NCBI GenBank assembly: GCA_963662625.1
Contig: OY759726.1
Coordinates: 256,001-320,000, forward strand
DNA from: Nitrosopumilus sp.
Lineage (GTDB): Archaea; Thermoproteota; Nitrososphaeria; Nitrososphaerales; Nitrosopumilaceae
Direction: 5' to 3'
DNA: 64,000 bases
The translations under genes were made by a program, and so were the position numbers. The notes beneath the pieces were generated by a model. The model saw only the letters and a list, made by a program, of their open reading frames with translations. It did not search any database and was not told the DNA's origin. Shown in pieces: positions 29,746 to 40,260 of the stretch (positions are counted from its first letter, which is position 1; each line of letters begins with the position of its first letter).

Positions 29746-30645
29746 TCACCCCAGGTCGAGCGGTATGCTGGCGCTGCCCCACGGCTCCAATATCCTGAAG
29801 AAGTAGTCCTTGCCCGCGTCGTACTCGAACGTGGTCCCCCCGTACCCGATGTTGGGGCCGAACAGCATAGAGAACTCCCTGTAGACTCCCGGATCCAGCA
29901 CTATGGCCCCGTTCACAAAGTCCGTCCCGGAGTACTTGAAGGCCTTGTCGCCGTTCCAGACGTCATAGTTGCAGATCGAGGGGCCGGTGCACATGAGGGT
30001 GACGGTGTCGGGGCCGTTGTTCTCGGCAAGCATGCTGATCTCCAGTAGCGCCTGGCCGCTGGGGGTGATCTCAAAGTCGTTTCCCTTGTAGTAGAACGTC
30101 ACCGGGCCCGCCCGGATCTCCTCCCCGTTGGCCCTGTAGTCGTGCGCGGTTATCGCGCCCTCGGCGTCCCGCTCGCAGTTCAGCCTGTCGTACGCCTTGC
30201 GGATCTCAGAGCACGCCTCCAGATCCGCCCGGAGCCGCTCGAGTTCCAGGTCGCCCCCGCCGGGCCCCCCCGGGGCTCCGGCCTGCTGCCCCGCGCCGCC
30301 CTCCGCGGGCGCGATGGCTATGATCCCGACCGACGCCAGGTACTGGATCCCGCTGACAAAGTCGGCGTCGGATATCAGGCCCTGCGACCACCACGCGGCC
30401 GTGTTCTTTACCCAGTCTGGGATCCCGCCTGACTGCTGGTCGGAGGCTTCGGTCGGCGGGAGCACCAGGATCCCCTCGCGGACCAGGTACTGCATGGCCG
30501 AGACGAACTCCGACTCCGATATGGTCCCGTCTGCCCACCAGCCGGCGTTGTTCTTCACCCACTCCGGCACGCCCTCGGCACCCGCGCCCTGCGCCAGCGC
30601 GGCCAGCACCAAGACTGCCGCGATCGCCGAAATTTGTGGCCTCAT
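29746..30645 (-). CDS. Secreted protein with two thaumarchaeal IPxWxKNxAxWW domains
   Basis: Signal peptide; VPEWVKNNAGWWADG.IS..EF...QYL repeated twice. Confidence 0.8.
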   Translation of the reverse strand: MRPQISAIAAVLVLAALAQGAGAEGVPEWVKNNAGWWADGTISESEFVSAMQYLVREGILVLPPTEASDQQSGGIPDWVKNTAAWWSQGLISDADFVSGIQYLASVGIIAIAPAEGGAGQQAGAPGGPGGGDLELERLRADLEACSEIRKAYDRLNCERDAEGAITAHDYRANGEEIRAGPVTFYYKGNDFEITPSGQALLEISMLAENNGPDTVTLMCTGPSICNYDVWNGDKAFKYSGTDFVNGAIVLDPGVYREFSMLFGPNIGYGGTTFEYDAGKDYFFRILEPWGSASIPLDLG

Positions 30646-30806
30646 GGTGTCATGTGCGCGCCATGATATTTAAACTAGTGGTAAAATATTTTCTAGTGCC
30701 AAAAACCGCGGCCCGGCCTACAGGCTGGACGGGTGCGGGAACGGCCTGCGCCGCCCACGCGGGGGCCGGCCGCCGGCTCTGAAGCGGCCACTGGATTTGC
30801 TGGAGG

Positions 30807-31217
30807 CTAGCTCTTGATGCGCATGAGCTTCGTCCGGTCCATCACCTTCCAGTACTCGACGTTCTGGCCGTTCTCCAGCCTGCCCTGGATCTCGTCGTCG
30901 ACCAGCGTCACGTCGATCGTCTCAAAGGTTTCAGAGTCCATGATCTGGATTGTCTCGCCGATTATCGAGATTATCTGGCCGGTCCTTTTGTCTATCAGCG
31001 GGACGTGGATCTGCATGCTGACGGGGCCCACGTGCGGCCTCTTTTGGCCGTCAAAGACGCCCACCCCCACGATCCGCGCCTTGGCCGCGCCGTGCTTGCC
31101 GGGCTTTGACGTGTCGTACTCGACTATCCTGCACGGCTCGCCGGTCGCCTGGTCGCCCACCGGGAGCAGGATGTACGACCCGATCTTCAGCGAACCCAGG
31201 TCTGCCGGCTTGCTCAT
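30807..31217 (-). CDS. eif5a: Translation factor aIF-5A
   Basis: SKPGKHGAAK hypusine loop. Confidence 0.97.
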   Translation of the reverse strand: MSKPADLGSLKIGSYILLPVGDQATGEPCRIVEYDTSKPGKHGAAKARIVGVGVFDGQKRPHVGPVSMQIHVPLIDKRTGQIISIIGETIQIMDSETFETIDVTLVDDEIQGRLENGQNVEYWKVMDRTKLMRIKS

Positions 31218-32361
31218 GACAGTGCAGGTTTGCGACGAATATTTAACCTTTCTAATTTTTTCCTGATCCGGAAGGGACCCTGCCCGGCGCCCCGCCGACC
31301 CCCGGGGGCGTTCTTCCTACGGGGTGCCTCCCCGCATCCCGGGCCCAGTACTTGAAAATGTACTAGCCGGCAGACGCCTGGTTGGGCCAGGTCCGGCCGC
31401 CATACGCCGCGCACGCGGCCAGCCTCGCCACGTACTCCAGCATGATCGCCAGCCGGACCGGGGCGGTGTCGCGCCTCCCGTACCACCCGGCGGACCATTC
31501 CACCGAGATCATCCACGGGTCGTGCATGACCAGCGCCATGAAGAACATGAACGTCCTGACTGGGGGGTTCGTGCTGGTGGTCCTGGGCCTGGCCTTCTCG
31601 GCGTCCCCGTGCCCCGTCCCCGTGCCCCGCCCCTTCCCGTGCCCGTCGGGGACGTCGGCGGCTCGGACCGCCCTGCCGGCGCCGGCGTTGGTGGCGTACG
31701 CCAGGTACCTCTCCTGCGCGTCCCCCGGGCCCCACCCGTCCCCGCCCTCCTTCTTCGGGACCATCGCCAGGGTGAACGGCTCCCTCTTGCTCCCGTCCTG
31801 GGGCGCCGGGCGTGCGGGTACGCCGCATCCCTCTCCCCGCGCGCGTGCTCCCCCACGGCCCTCTTTATCCCGGCCGTCCGCGACGCGGGCATGACGAGCC
31901 CGTGGCCCGACCCGGACAGCTCCCCCACTACCCCTGCCGGGAAGAAGCCCCGGCCCGGCAGGACCGTCCCCGGGCGGACGCCCGCGCCAGCGCAGTCACG
32001 CGGCAGTCCGCGCACGGTCTCGGCCCCCGTGCTCCCCTTCTTGGGCCCGCGCGCCGGGTCCGGCCCCGGCCCGCCCGCCACCTTGGCGGCGGCGTGCCCC
32101 CCGGAGCGCGGCGTCCCGTTCCCGTGCCTCGCGCGCACCAGCTGCTCCCCCCCCGGTGGCGGGGTTCCTGCCGTGCCTGGGCATCGGGCGGCAGACCGGG
32201 GCCACGGCGTGGGACGCCCCCACGATGATCCCGGCGCGACGGGCCCCGCGCACCGCGGGGCGCAGGGCGTCCCTGCACCTGCCCTCCATGGTGCCGGGGT
32301 CCCGGCACGCCCCCCCTGTCCTGGACAGGAACCACGCCGACGGCGGCACGCGGCGGGGCCC

Positions 32362-33698
32362 CAGTAGATCGAAATGTACCCCTGTGGGGCGTTGGCCAGC
32401 ATGTATTGACCTGGCACTGGAACGTTTTGGACAGAAAAACCAATGGATCAGGCGCCCCTGTCATCCGTCATGTACAACCAAAACGAACCGCAGGGGCACC
32501 GACTCAGGGTGGCCGGCAAGGCGTTTAAAATGTTGCCCGGGCTGCTGGAGAGGGCGGGCATCGGGTTCTCGGGCCGGCACAACGCCGTGTACGGCATGGC
32601 CGACTTCGTGCGCGTTCTGGTGTCCATGTGCAGGGACCGCGCGTGCGCGTCTGGCGCCACCGGGACGCTCGCCGTGCGCCACGGGCCCCGCCGCGTGCCG
32701 TCGTCGGCGTGGGTGCTCTCCAGGATACGGGGGGCGTGCCCCGAACCGGACGCCATGCGGGAGCGGTGCGCCGGCGCCCTCGCATCCACCGTGCGGGATG
32801 CCGGGCGGTCGAGGATCCTCAGGCGGATCCGCTGCGTCGTGGCCCTGGACTACCACCTGATACCCAGGTACGACAGGGATCCCGCGACCAGGGAGGAGCA
32901 GCTGGTGCGCGCGAGGCACAGGTCCGGGACGTCGCGCTTCGAGGGGTACGCCACCGCCCAGATGGTGGACGGGCCGGGGCTGAACCTGGCGTGCAGGCCC
33001 AAGGGGGGGAGCACGGGGGCCGGAATCGTGCGCGAGCTGCTGCGTGACTGCGCTGGCGTGGGCGTCCGCCCCAGGCTGGTCCTGCTGGACCGGGGATTCT
33101 TCTCGGCAGGGGTCGTCGGGGAGCTGTCCGGGTCGGGCCACAGGTTCATCATGCCCGCGTCGCGGACTGCCGGGATAAAGAGGGCCGTGGGGGAGCACGC
33201 CCGCGGGGAGAGGGCCGCGGTGTCCCCGCACGCCCTGACGCCCCAGGACAGGAAGGCCAGCGAGCCGTTCACCCTGGTGATAGTCCCGAAGAAGGAGGGC
33301 GAGGACGGGTGGGACTCGGGGGACGCGCAGGAGAGGTACCTGGCGTACGCCACCAACGCGGACGCCGGCAGGGCGGTGCGCGCCGCCGACGTCCCTGACG
33401 AGTACCGGAAGAGGTGGGGGATAGAGACCGGGTACAGGGACGCCGAGAAGGCCAGGCCCAGGACCACCAGCCCGGACGCCTCGGTCAGGACGTTCCTGTT
33501 CTTCATGGCGCTGGTGATGTACAACCTGTGGATGATGTCGGTGGAATGGTCCGCCGGGTGGTACGGGAGCCGCGACACCGCCTCGATCCGGCTGGCGGTC
33601 ATGCTGGAGTGCATGGTGGGGATGGCTGCGGGCGGGACGGATGGCTGCCGGGCGTGGCCCAACCAGTCGTCTGGCGGCTAGTACATTTCGATCTACTG
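32362..33698 (+). mobile_element. Intact ISH3-family (IS4-superfamily) insertion sequence, copy 1
   Basis: Perfect 18-bp terminal IR cagtagatcgaaatgtac; 5-bp TSD GGCCC; 1337 bp. Confidence 0.93.
32443..33681 (+). CDS. DDE transposase
   Basis: VALDYH, LLDRGF, YRKRWGIETGYR motifs. Confidence 0.92.
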   Translation: MDQAPLSSVMYNQNEPQGHRLRVAGKAFKMLPGLLERAGIGFSGRHNAVYGMADFVRVLVSMCRDRACASGATGTLAVRHGPRRVPSSAWVLSRIRGACPEPDAMRERCAGALASTVRDAGRSRILRRIRCVVALDYHLIPRYDRDPATREEQLVRARHRSGTSRFEGYATAQMVDGPGLNLACRPKGGSTGAGIVRELLRDCAGVGVRPRLVLLDRGFFSAGVVGELSGSGHRFIMPASRTAGIKRAVGEHARGERAAVSPHALTPQDRKASEPFTLVIVPKKEGEDGWDSGDAQERYLAYATNADAGRAVRAADVPDEYRKRWGIETGYRDAEKARPRTTSPDASVRTFLFFMALVMYNLWMMSVEWSAGWYGSRDTASIRLAVMLECMVGMAAGGTDGCRAWPNQSSGG

Positions 33699-34258
33699 GG
33701 CCCGTGGCGCACGGCGAGCGCCCCGGCGGCGCCCGACGCGCACGAGCGGTCCCCGCACGCCGGTACCGGCACGCGCACGAAGCCGGCCATGCCGCACGCG
33801 GCGTCGTGCCGGCCCGGGAACCTGATGCCCGCCTTCCCAAGCAGCCGTGGCAACGTTTTAAACGCCTTGCCCGCCACCTCAAGCCGGCGCCCCCGTGGTT
33901 CGTTTTGGTGGTACACGATGGATGGCAGGGGCGCCTGACCCGTTGGTTTTTCTGTCCAAAACGTTCACGGATCGGGCCAAGACACGCCGGCCGGCGCCCC
34001 GCGGGGGTACATTTTCAACTACTGGGGCCCGCGCGCGCTGCCTGGAAGCCGGGCGGCAGGGCGCGGGGCATCCGGTCGGCAGGCCCGCCCCGTGCGCAGA
34101 GGGGGTGTTCGTTCCCGGTTGGTCGCGGGCTAGCGGAGCCTCGATCATGTGGCAGGGCCCGCGGCGTACGCGCGTCCTGACTCCCCACGGGTCACCGCAA
34201 TGGCGGCACCGGGTTTTGCGGGTGCGGAACTGCGTACCGTGCAGGCGCGGGCCGGACC

Positions 34259-37129
34259 CTACCTCCCAAGGTAGAGCAGCCATTCCACGGGGGCCAGGCC
34301 GACCCTGACGTAGTGGACGGAGCCCGGCTCCGGGTCCACTATGGCCGGCAGCCACGGCACCTCGACGCCGCCGGGGCCGGCGTACGCGTATTCCGTGGGG
34401 GCGTACCCGCGGAGATCCGGCAGCACCGCAAAGTCTGACGGGACGATGTCCCGCATCTCGAGGGCGCCGCCGGGGCCCGTCTCCGCCACCGCGTCCCCGG
34501 AGGCGTACGTGTGGACCGCGACCCGCAGGCCCCCGGCGCCCGCCTCCCCGGCGTCGCGGGCGCCGTCCAGGTCTGCGTCCAGGTACGCCTCGAGGCGCAG
34601 GGTGACCATCCCGTCCGGCGGGACTGGGTAGAGCCCCAGGTCAAACGTGGCGCCGGACCCCCCGGGGGGGCTCGCCAGGACGGACCACCCGGGGGGGTCC
34701 GCCGCCACGTGGCCCGGCGGGAGCGGCCCGGTCTGCACCAGCGTGGAGGCCGGGCCCGGGTCGAGCCCCGCGAACCTGTACTGCCCGCCGGCGTCCGTGA
34801 CGGCGGCCATCGCCGGGGCGCCGGGCCGGAGGGCGAGCATCACGTGCCCGGCGACGCCCCCCTCGCCCGGATCCCGCACGCCGTCGCCGTCGGCGTCGCG
34901 GAACACCGTCCCCGAGACCGCGGCCGCGGCTCCCGCCGCGCCGCCCGCCACCCTGACGGCCACCGCCCCCTCGTTGCCCTCCCCGACGCCGAACCCGTCC
35001 GCCCTGACGGTGACCTCGTAGGAGCCCTTCTCGTACGGGAGGGACTTTAGCTGGAGGATCCTGCCCCCGGGCCCGCCCATCTGGAACAGGTCCCCGTCGC
35101 CCCCGGGCACGACGGCGTATGACGCCTGGCGCCTGTCGAGGGCGGGGCTCTGCACCGTGATGGTGGTGACGTCGGCCCGGCCGGGGGCGGGGACGGCGTG
35201 GCCCGGCACGACCAGCCAGCTTCCGAGGTTCTGGCCGAAGGAGTCGGCCCCCTCGAACATCCCCTCCATGTCCGTCACGCTTGACACGTCCCAGGGGGCC
35301 AGGGGCTGGTCGAAGGAGGCCGCTCCCGAGAACATCCAGCTCATGTCCGTCACGCTTGACACGTCCCAGGGGGCGAGGGGCTGGTCGAAGGAGGCCGCGC
35401 CCGAGAACATCGCCCTCATGTCCGTCACGCCAGACACGTCCCAGGGGGCGAGGGGCTGGTTGAAGGAGTCCGCGCCCGAGAACATCGCCCTCATGTCCGT
35501 CACGCCCGACACGTCCCAGGGGGCGAGGGGCTGATTGAAGGAGCTATCGGAGGGATAGTTGATGTTCTGCCCGTTGAACATACCGGACATGTCCGTCACG
35601 TTTGACACGTCCCAGGAGTCCAGGGGCTGGTCGAAGGAGACCGCGCCCGAGAACATCCAGCTCATGTCCGTCACGCCCGACACGTCCCAGGGGGCGAGGG
35701 GCTGGTCGAAGGAGGCGTTCTGGGCGAACATCCAGCTCATGTCCGTCACGTTTGACACGTCCCAGGATGAGAGGGGCTGGTTGAAGGGGGTATGGCCGAA
35801 CATGCCGGACATGTCGGTGACGCTCGAGACGTCCCAGGAGGCGAGGGGCTGGTCGAAGGAGAAGCCGAACATGTAGGACATGTCGGTGACCGACGACACG
35901 TCCCAGGAGTCCAGGGGCTGGTCGAAGGAGCCGGTCATGGCGAACATCCAGCTCATGTCCGTCACGCCCGACACGTCCCAGGAGTCCAGGGGCTGGTCGA
36001 ATGCATGGACAAATCTGAACATGTGGGACATGTCGGTGACGCTGGACACGTCCCAGGGGGCGAGGGGCTGGTTGAATGAATGCGCTTCTATGAACATCCC
36101 GGACATGTCGGTGACGCTGGACACGTCCCAGGAGTCCAGGGGCTGGTTGAACGACCACGCTTCTCTGAACATCCCGGACATGTCGGTGACGCTGGACACG
36201 TCCCAGGGGGCGAGGGGCTGGTTGAACGACCATGCACCTCTGAACATCCCGGACATGTCGGTGACGTTGGACACGTCCCAGGAGTCCAGGGGCTGGTTGA
36301 AGCGGGTGCCTTCGAACATGCCCGACATGTCCGTCACGGACGACACGTCCCAGGAGGCGAGGGGCCGGTTGAAGGAATTCGCACCATAGAACATCCCGGA
36401 CATGTCGGTGACGCCGGAGACGTCCCAGGAGTCCAGGGGCTGGTTGAACGACCACGCTTCTCTGAACATGCCGGACATGTCGGTGACGCCGGAGACGTCC
36501 CAGCCGCCTATGGGGCCGCTGAAGGAGGAAGACGCGAACATGCCGCTCATGTCCGTCACGCCGGAGAGATCCGGCGCGTCGCTTGCGTTGTATGACAGGT
36601 TTAACGCGCCCTTGAATGCGGACTCCATGGACTCCCACTTGGTGCCTCCCCACTGCTCGATGGATGCCAGCTTGAGGGCGTTGGCCGTGGCTGGCGTGCC
36701 GTCGTCCCTCACCGAGCCCAACCTGAGATCGAACGCCGGGTTGCCGTCCAGGCGGATCATGGTAAAGTCGCCCGTTATCTGCACGGTGTAATGCCCGGGG
36801 GCGGCGTACGTGTGGGAGGCGTCGCCGGCATGCGCGGTCCGGCACCCGTCGCCCCAGTCCACCGAATAGGCGCCCGCGGCGCCCCCGACCGGGATGGTGA
36901 TCGACTCGTGCGCGGAGGCGATCCTCCACTGGGTGACAAAGGCCCCGCCTTCGGCGGCCGGGGACGGCTCCGCCGCCGCGCAGGCTCCAGAGTCGTCGAA
37001 AAAGCCGTCGGGCGGGGGCGGTGGAATGGGCATGGCGGGCAGCGCCATCGCCGCGTCAAGGCCGAGTGCCACCGTGATGGCCGCAAGCCCTAGCGCGGCC
37101 GCCACCACGGGCCGGGTTTTGTTCTGCAA
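34259..37129 (-). CDS. DUF285/BspA-like repeat surface protein with C-terminal SdrD-B-like domains
   Basis: Signal peptide; PKD-like VDWGDG; 17 WDVSxVTDMxxMF repeats; GTVFRDADGDGVRDPGE. Confidence 0.88.
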   Translation of the reverse strand: MQNKTRPVVAAALGLAAITVALGLDAAMALPAMPIPPPPPDGFFDDSGACAAAEPSPAAEGGAFVTQWRIASAHESITIPVGGAAGAYSVDWGDGCRTAHAGDASHTYAAPGHYTVQITGDFTMIRLDGNPAFDLRLGSVRDDGTPATANALKLASIEQWGGTKWESMESAFKGALNLSYNASDAPDLSGVTDMSGMFASSSFSGPIGGWDVSGVTDMSGMFREAWSFNQPLDSWDVSGVTDMSGMFYGANSFNRPLASWDVSSVTDMSGMFEGTRFNQPLDSWDVSNVTDMSGMFRGAWSFNQPLAPWDVSSVTDMSGMFREAWSFNQPLDSWDVSSVTDMSGMFIEAHSFNQPLAPWDVSSVTDMSHMFRFVHAFDQPLDSWDVSGVTDMSWMFAMTGSFDQPLDSWDVSSVTDMSYMFGFSFDQPLASWDVSSVTDMSGMFGHTPFNQPLSSWDVSNVTDMSWMFAQNASFDQPLAPWDVSGVTDMSWMFSGAVSFDQPLDSWDVSNVTDMSGMFNGQNINYPSDSSFNQPLAPWDVSGVTDMRAMFSGADSFNQPLAPWDVSGVTDMRAMFSGAASFDQPLAPWDVSSVTDMSWMFSGAASFDQPLAPWDVSSVTDMEGMFEGADSFGQNLGSWLVVPGHAVPAPGRADVTTITVQSPALDRRQASYAVVPGGDGDLFQMGGPGGRILQLKSLPYEKGSYEVTVRADGFGVGEGNEGAVAVRVAGGAAGAAAAVSGTVFRDADGDGVRDPGEGGVAGHVMLALRPGAPAMAAVTDAGGQYRFAGLDPGPASTLVQTGPLPPGHVAADPPGWSVLASPPGGSGATFDLGLYPVPPDGMVTLRLEAYLDADLDGARDAGEAGAGGLRVAVHTYASGDAVAETGPGGALEMRDIVPSDFAVLPDLRGYAPTEYAYAGPGGVEVPWLPAIVDPEPGSVHYVRVGLAPVEWLLYLGR
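35255..36570 (-). repeat. About 75-bp coding tandem repeat array (DUF285 units)
   Basis: Recurring gacacgtcccagg...ggggctgg and aacat..catgtc.gt.ac scaffold with short variable cores. Confidence 0.9.
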
Positions 37130-37180
37130 GGCTGGTACTGGTCACGCTGCATCGTATTTATGTGGGGCGAACCGCCCCGG

Positions 37181-37400
37181 CACCGGTTCGCGTACTTGGA
37201 GAACTTGGGGGCGGGGCCCACTAACCACTCCCCCGGGCGCGGCCTGCGTCACGTGGAGGTGTCCCGCAATACGAGCGGCCAGACACTCCGGGCCGACTCC
37301 CGCGTGCGGGACGCTGTCAGGCAATACTGGGACGCGCAGGTCTTGCAAACCGTCCCGGGACAGAGACGCACGCCGCGCTCGTGGCGGCGTCGGGGAAAGT
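37181..37400 (+). pseudogene. Possible IS66-family transposase C-terminal remnant
   Basis: FAYLENLGAGPTNHSPGRGLRHVEVSRNTSGQ resembles IS66 F.FL....V.PTNN.AER.LR..V..RK.SG. Confidence 0.45.
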
Positions 37401-37898
37401 CGGGCATGGTAGAAAAACACGGGACCAAATAAGTAAAGAAAACGGTGTGGGCGAAGGGCTTCAGGGCGTTTTGCTCGGCGAACCTGTCCCATGCTTAAAT
37501 AGGAACTTGGCATGGACAGCCTTCCCAGAAGCGCCCCACGGATACGCCGGGGGCGGGGGGCCGGCGGCATCATGCAGCCAAGCACGCGCAACGCCGCCAC
37601 GTCCTTGATGTCCTGCAGGGTCGCCGGCAACTCCCCCGCGCGGGCGCCCCGCCCCGTGCCCCAGCACGGCGTTTGCCGTGACCCCCGCGCGGGATACTCC
37701 CATGGCCGCGGTGCGGACCGCGCCGGGAGACCGATCGCCGGCGCGCGCTTTGGCGGCGGGGGCAAGGCGGGGCACGGATGGCGAGAAGGCCGGGCGGGCA
37801 CGGGCGAGGTGCACGCATGGCGCCGCAGACTCCCATCCCGGTGACCGGCACGGCCGGCGCCCGCCAGGCCTCCCCCGCGCCGCGGCTTTGCGGCGGGC

Positions 37899-38507
37899 CT
37901 ACTTTAGCTGTTCCAGGAGGGACAGGCTCACCAGGTTGGTCATGGTGAGGCCCTTCCTGTTGACGTCGCGCCTTGTCTGCTCGCAGTATTTCTTGATGCT
38001 CTGGTGGCTTTTCTCGCTTGCCACCTCGATGACCACTATGTTTTCCGAGTAGGGGAAGGTGAATTTCGGCGGGGTGGAGCATACCGTGTCCATGCTCCCG
38101 AGGCCCGCGATCTCGATCTGTTCCCTCTTGAGGAGGAGGTTCGCTATCTCCTGAAGGTCCGACGGCTTGCCGTATTCCAGGTAGTACACTGAGATGAAGC
38201 CCGTCTCGCCGAAAAAGTCCCGCGAGAACAGGTCGTTCTTGATGTTGAAGACGAAGCTGGTCTTGTTCTGCTTGTGCTTTGACAGGTCCCTTGCGATCGA
38301 GTGGTTGTTGCGGAATTTTGCCAGCAGGTAGTGGTTTGCAGAGTCCGCAAAGTACGGCTTGCTTTCGCTTGAGAAGGTGCCGGTCACGAAATATAGCCTC
38401 TCGACGTTCTTGGAGAGCATCCAGGCCTCCTTCAGCTCCACGGAGCCGTGGTTGTGCAGGTACGGCGCGCACGCGTATCCCGGGTATGCGAGTTCTAGGG
38501 CCGCCAT
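37899..38507 (-). CDS. Hypothetical protein
   Basis: MAALELAYPGY...; typical codon usage; TATA-like tacataaat upstream. Confidence 0.75.
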   Translation of the reverse strand: MAALELAYPGYACAPYLHNHGSVELKEAWMLSKNVERLYFVTGTFSSESKPYFADSANHYLLAKFRNNHSIARDLSKHKQNKTSFVFNIKNDLFSRDFFGETGFISVYYLEYGKPSDLQEIANLLLKREQIEIAGLGSMDTVCSTPPKFTFPYSENIVVIEVASEKSHQSIKKYCEQTRRDVNRKGLTMTNLVSLSLLEQLK

Positions 38508-38819
38508 GATCAGAGATCTCAGAAATAGCGTATTTATGTATAGAGCTGGGGGATCGAGCCTGCGCGGGCAGCCCTCCCGCGCCGCGGGGGCCCCGGGCAC
38601 GGGCGGGCCGCCTGCTGGAATATTCTTGACAAAAGGGGTTGTTTTTCCTACTGCGGGGGGCCGCGTCCCCCCCCCCCGGGGGGGGCGCCGCCTGCCCGCG
38701 GCACTGCCTGGATTCCGGGCATGGCGGCCGTGGCGCCCTTCACCGTCCGGGCGCCTGTTGCGCGGCGGGATCGGGCACTGCGATAGTTTTTTAATGGCAT
38801 GATGCGTCGTGTTGTTTGT

Positions 38820-38942
38820 CCCAAGCTAGCTCAGCCTGGTAGAGCTTCCGGCTGTAGGTGTCGGCTTTAGATGGCTGACCAGTACCAGCATATCAGGCAT
38901 ACAGAAACCGGGTTGTCGAAGGTTCAATTCCTTCGCTTGGGA
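38820..38942 (+). tRNA. tRNA-Tyr(GTA) with canonical 37/38 intron (about 38858-38906)
   Basis: Acceptor CCCAAGC/GCTTGGG (C1:G72), A73; D arm AGCTCAGCCTGGTAGAGC; loop CT-GTA-G; T arm GAAGGTTCAATTCCTTC. Confidence 0.93.
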
Positions 38943-38986
38943 CTACAAATTAAGTTTAAACCCTAAACACCCGCACGGCATACGGG

Positions 38987-40260
38987 ATGGCCGGAAAGCA
39001 GAAAACAGCCACGGGCGGCAGGATCATGGAGAGGCCAACCCGTACAAGCGCGACGGGCAGGTGGCGAGGATCTGGAGGATGATCAGGGCCGAACTCCCAG
39101 AGTTGCCCCCCCCCCACGAGAGGTACGACGGCACGCTCCTGAACCAGTCCCAGAACAAGGCGTCCAAGGTGAACAACCTCAGGGCGCTGCTGTCACTTGG
39201 CAGGATCGCCAAGTGGAGGGCATCGCCTGGACGGACGTCGCCGCGGGGCAGGTCATCTCCATAGCCAACCACGTCATGAGGGCGTGGGCGGGCACGGGCG
39301 GGAAGGAAACCTGGCACGCCGCGGACCACGAGGAGTTCCTGACGCGGTTCGCGAGGCGGGGAAAGACGGGGAAGGGCTCCGGGAGGAAGGGCGGCAAGGA
39401 GCCGGAGTGGATCCCCATATCGAGATCAGGGAGGCCGGGCAGAAGCTGGCCAGGGAGGACATGCTGGCGAGGGGGGAGGTCATGGAGATCCCGGAGGCGT
39501 GCGGGGGCAACCACAGGGACAGGGCCCTGATCTCCTTCCACATGGAGGCAGGCACGGGGGCCGGGGAGACGCCGAACGCGGGGATAGGCCACGTCGAGTT
39601 CCTCGACAACGGCGGCGCGGTCGCCGACGTGGGCGGGAAGGCCGGCGACAGGCCCATACACGTCCTGCACTGCGTCCCCACCTCGCCAACTGGGTAGCGT
39701 CGCGCGCCGACAGGGGCTGCAAGGCCAGGCCGCTTTGGACCGACATGTACGGCAAGGACCTGACGTACGCCAGCTGCGGGGCGATGGTCATGGGGAGGTT
39801 GGCCGAGGCCGTCAGGCGCGGGGAGGGCAGCACACCCTCGGGCAAGCGGGTGTGCATGACGCTGTTCCGCCACGCCGGGATCACCGACGCCCCCAAGTGG
39901 ATGAGCCCGCAGCTCGTAAAGCTGAGGCACGGGCGGGGCCCGAACAGCGGGATTATCTCCAACTACCAGCACCTCAGCCAGGCCGACGTCGGGGAGGCCG
40001 TCTTCGGCCGCTTTGGCCTCGAGACCGAGATCAAGGAGCCGGAGGCGAAGGCCAAAAAATGCCCCGTCTGCTGGCTCGCGAACCCCCCGGACAGCGCCAG
40101 GTGCGGCAAGCCGATGGGCCTGCAGACCGCCATCCAGCAGGAGGGCAGGGAGAGGGAGGAAAAGGCCGGGCTCGAGGAGAGGCCCCGCGTGATGGAAAGC
40201 CAGACGGGGCTGCCGGAGGGCGTGATCAGGGACCTTCAGGGCCATAAAGGCGGGGAACAA
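38987..40260 (+). pseudogene. Frameshifted tyrosine recombinase/integrase with C-terminal zinc ribbon
   Basis: HRDRALIS...AGE, LFRH, RHGR...NYQHLS, KKCPVC in different frames; directly downstream of tRNA-Tyr. Confidence 0.8.

Larger units (their letters stand above)
31346..34024 (-). mobile_element. Degenerate ISH3-family element, split by a nested intact copy
   Basis: Ends cagtacttgaaaatgtac / gtacattttcaactactg; 5-bp flanking duplication GGGCC; body is a diverged reverse complement of the intact element. Confidence 0.88.

Noticed and set aside
35255-36570. DUF285 repeats as a CRISPR array or DGR
   Set aside because: Units are in frame inside a protein with a signal peptide; variable parts are too short and no RT or template repeat is visible
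38858-38906. tRNA-Tyr intron as an embedded C/D guide
   Set aside because: One CUGA but no convincing C box
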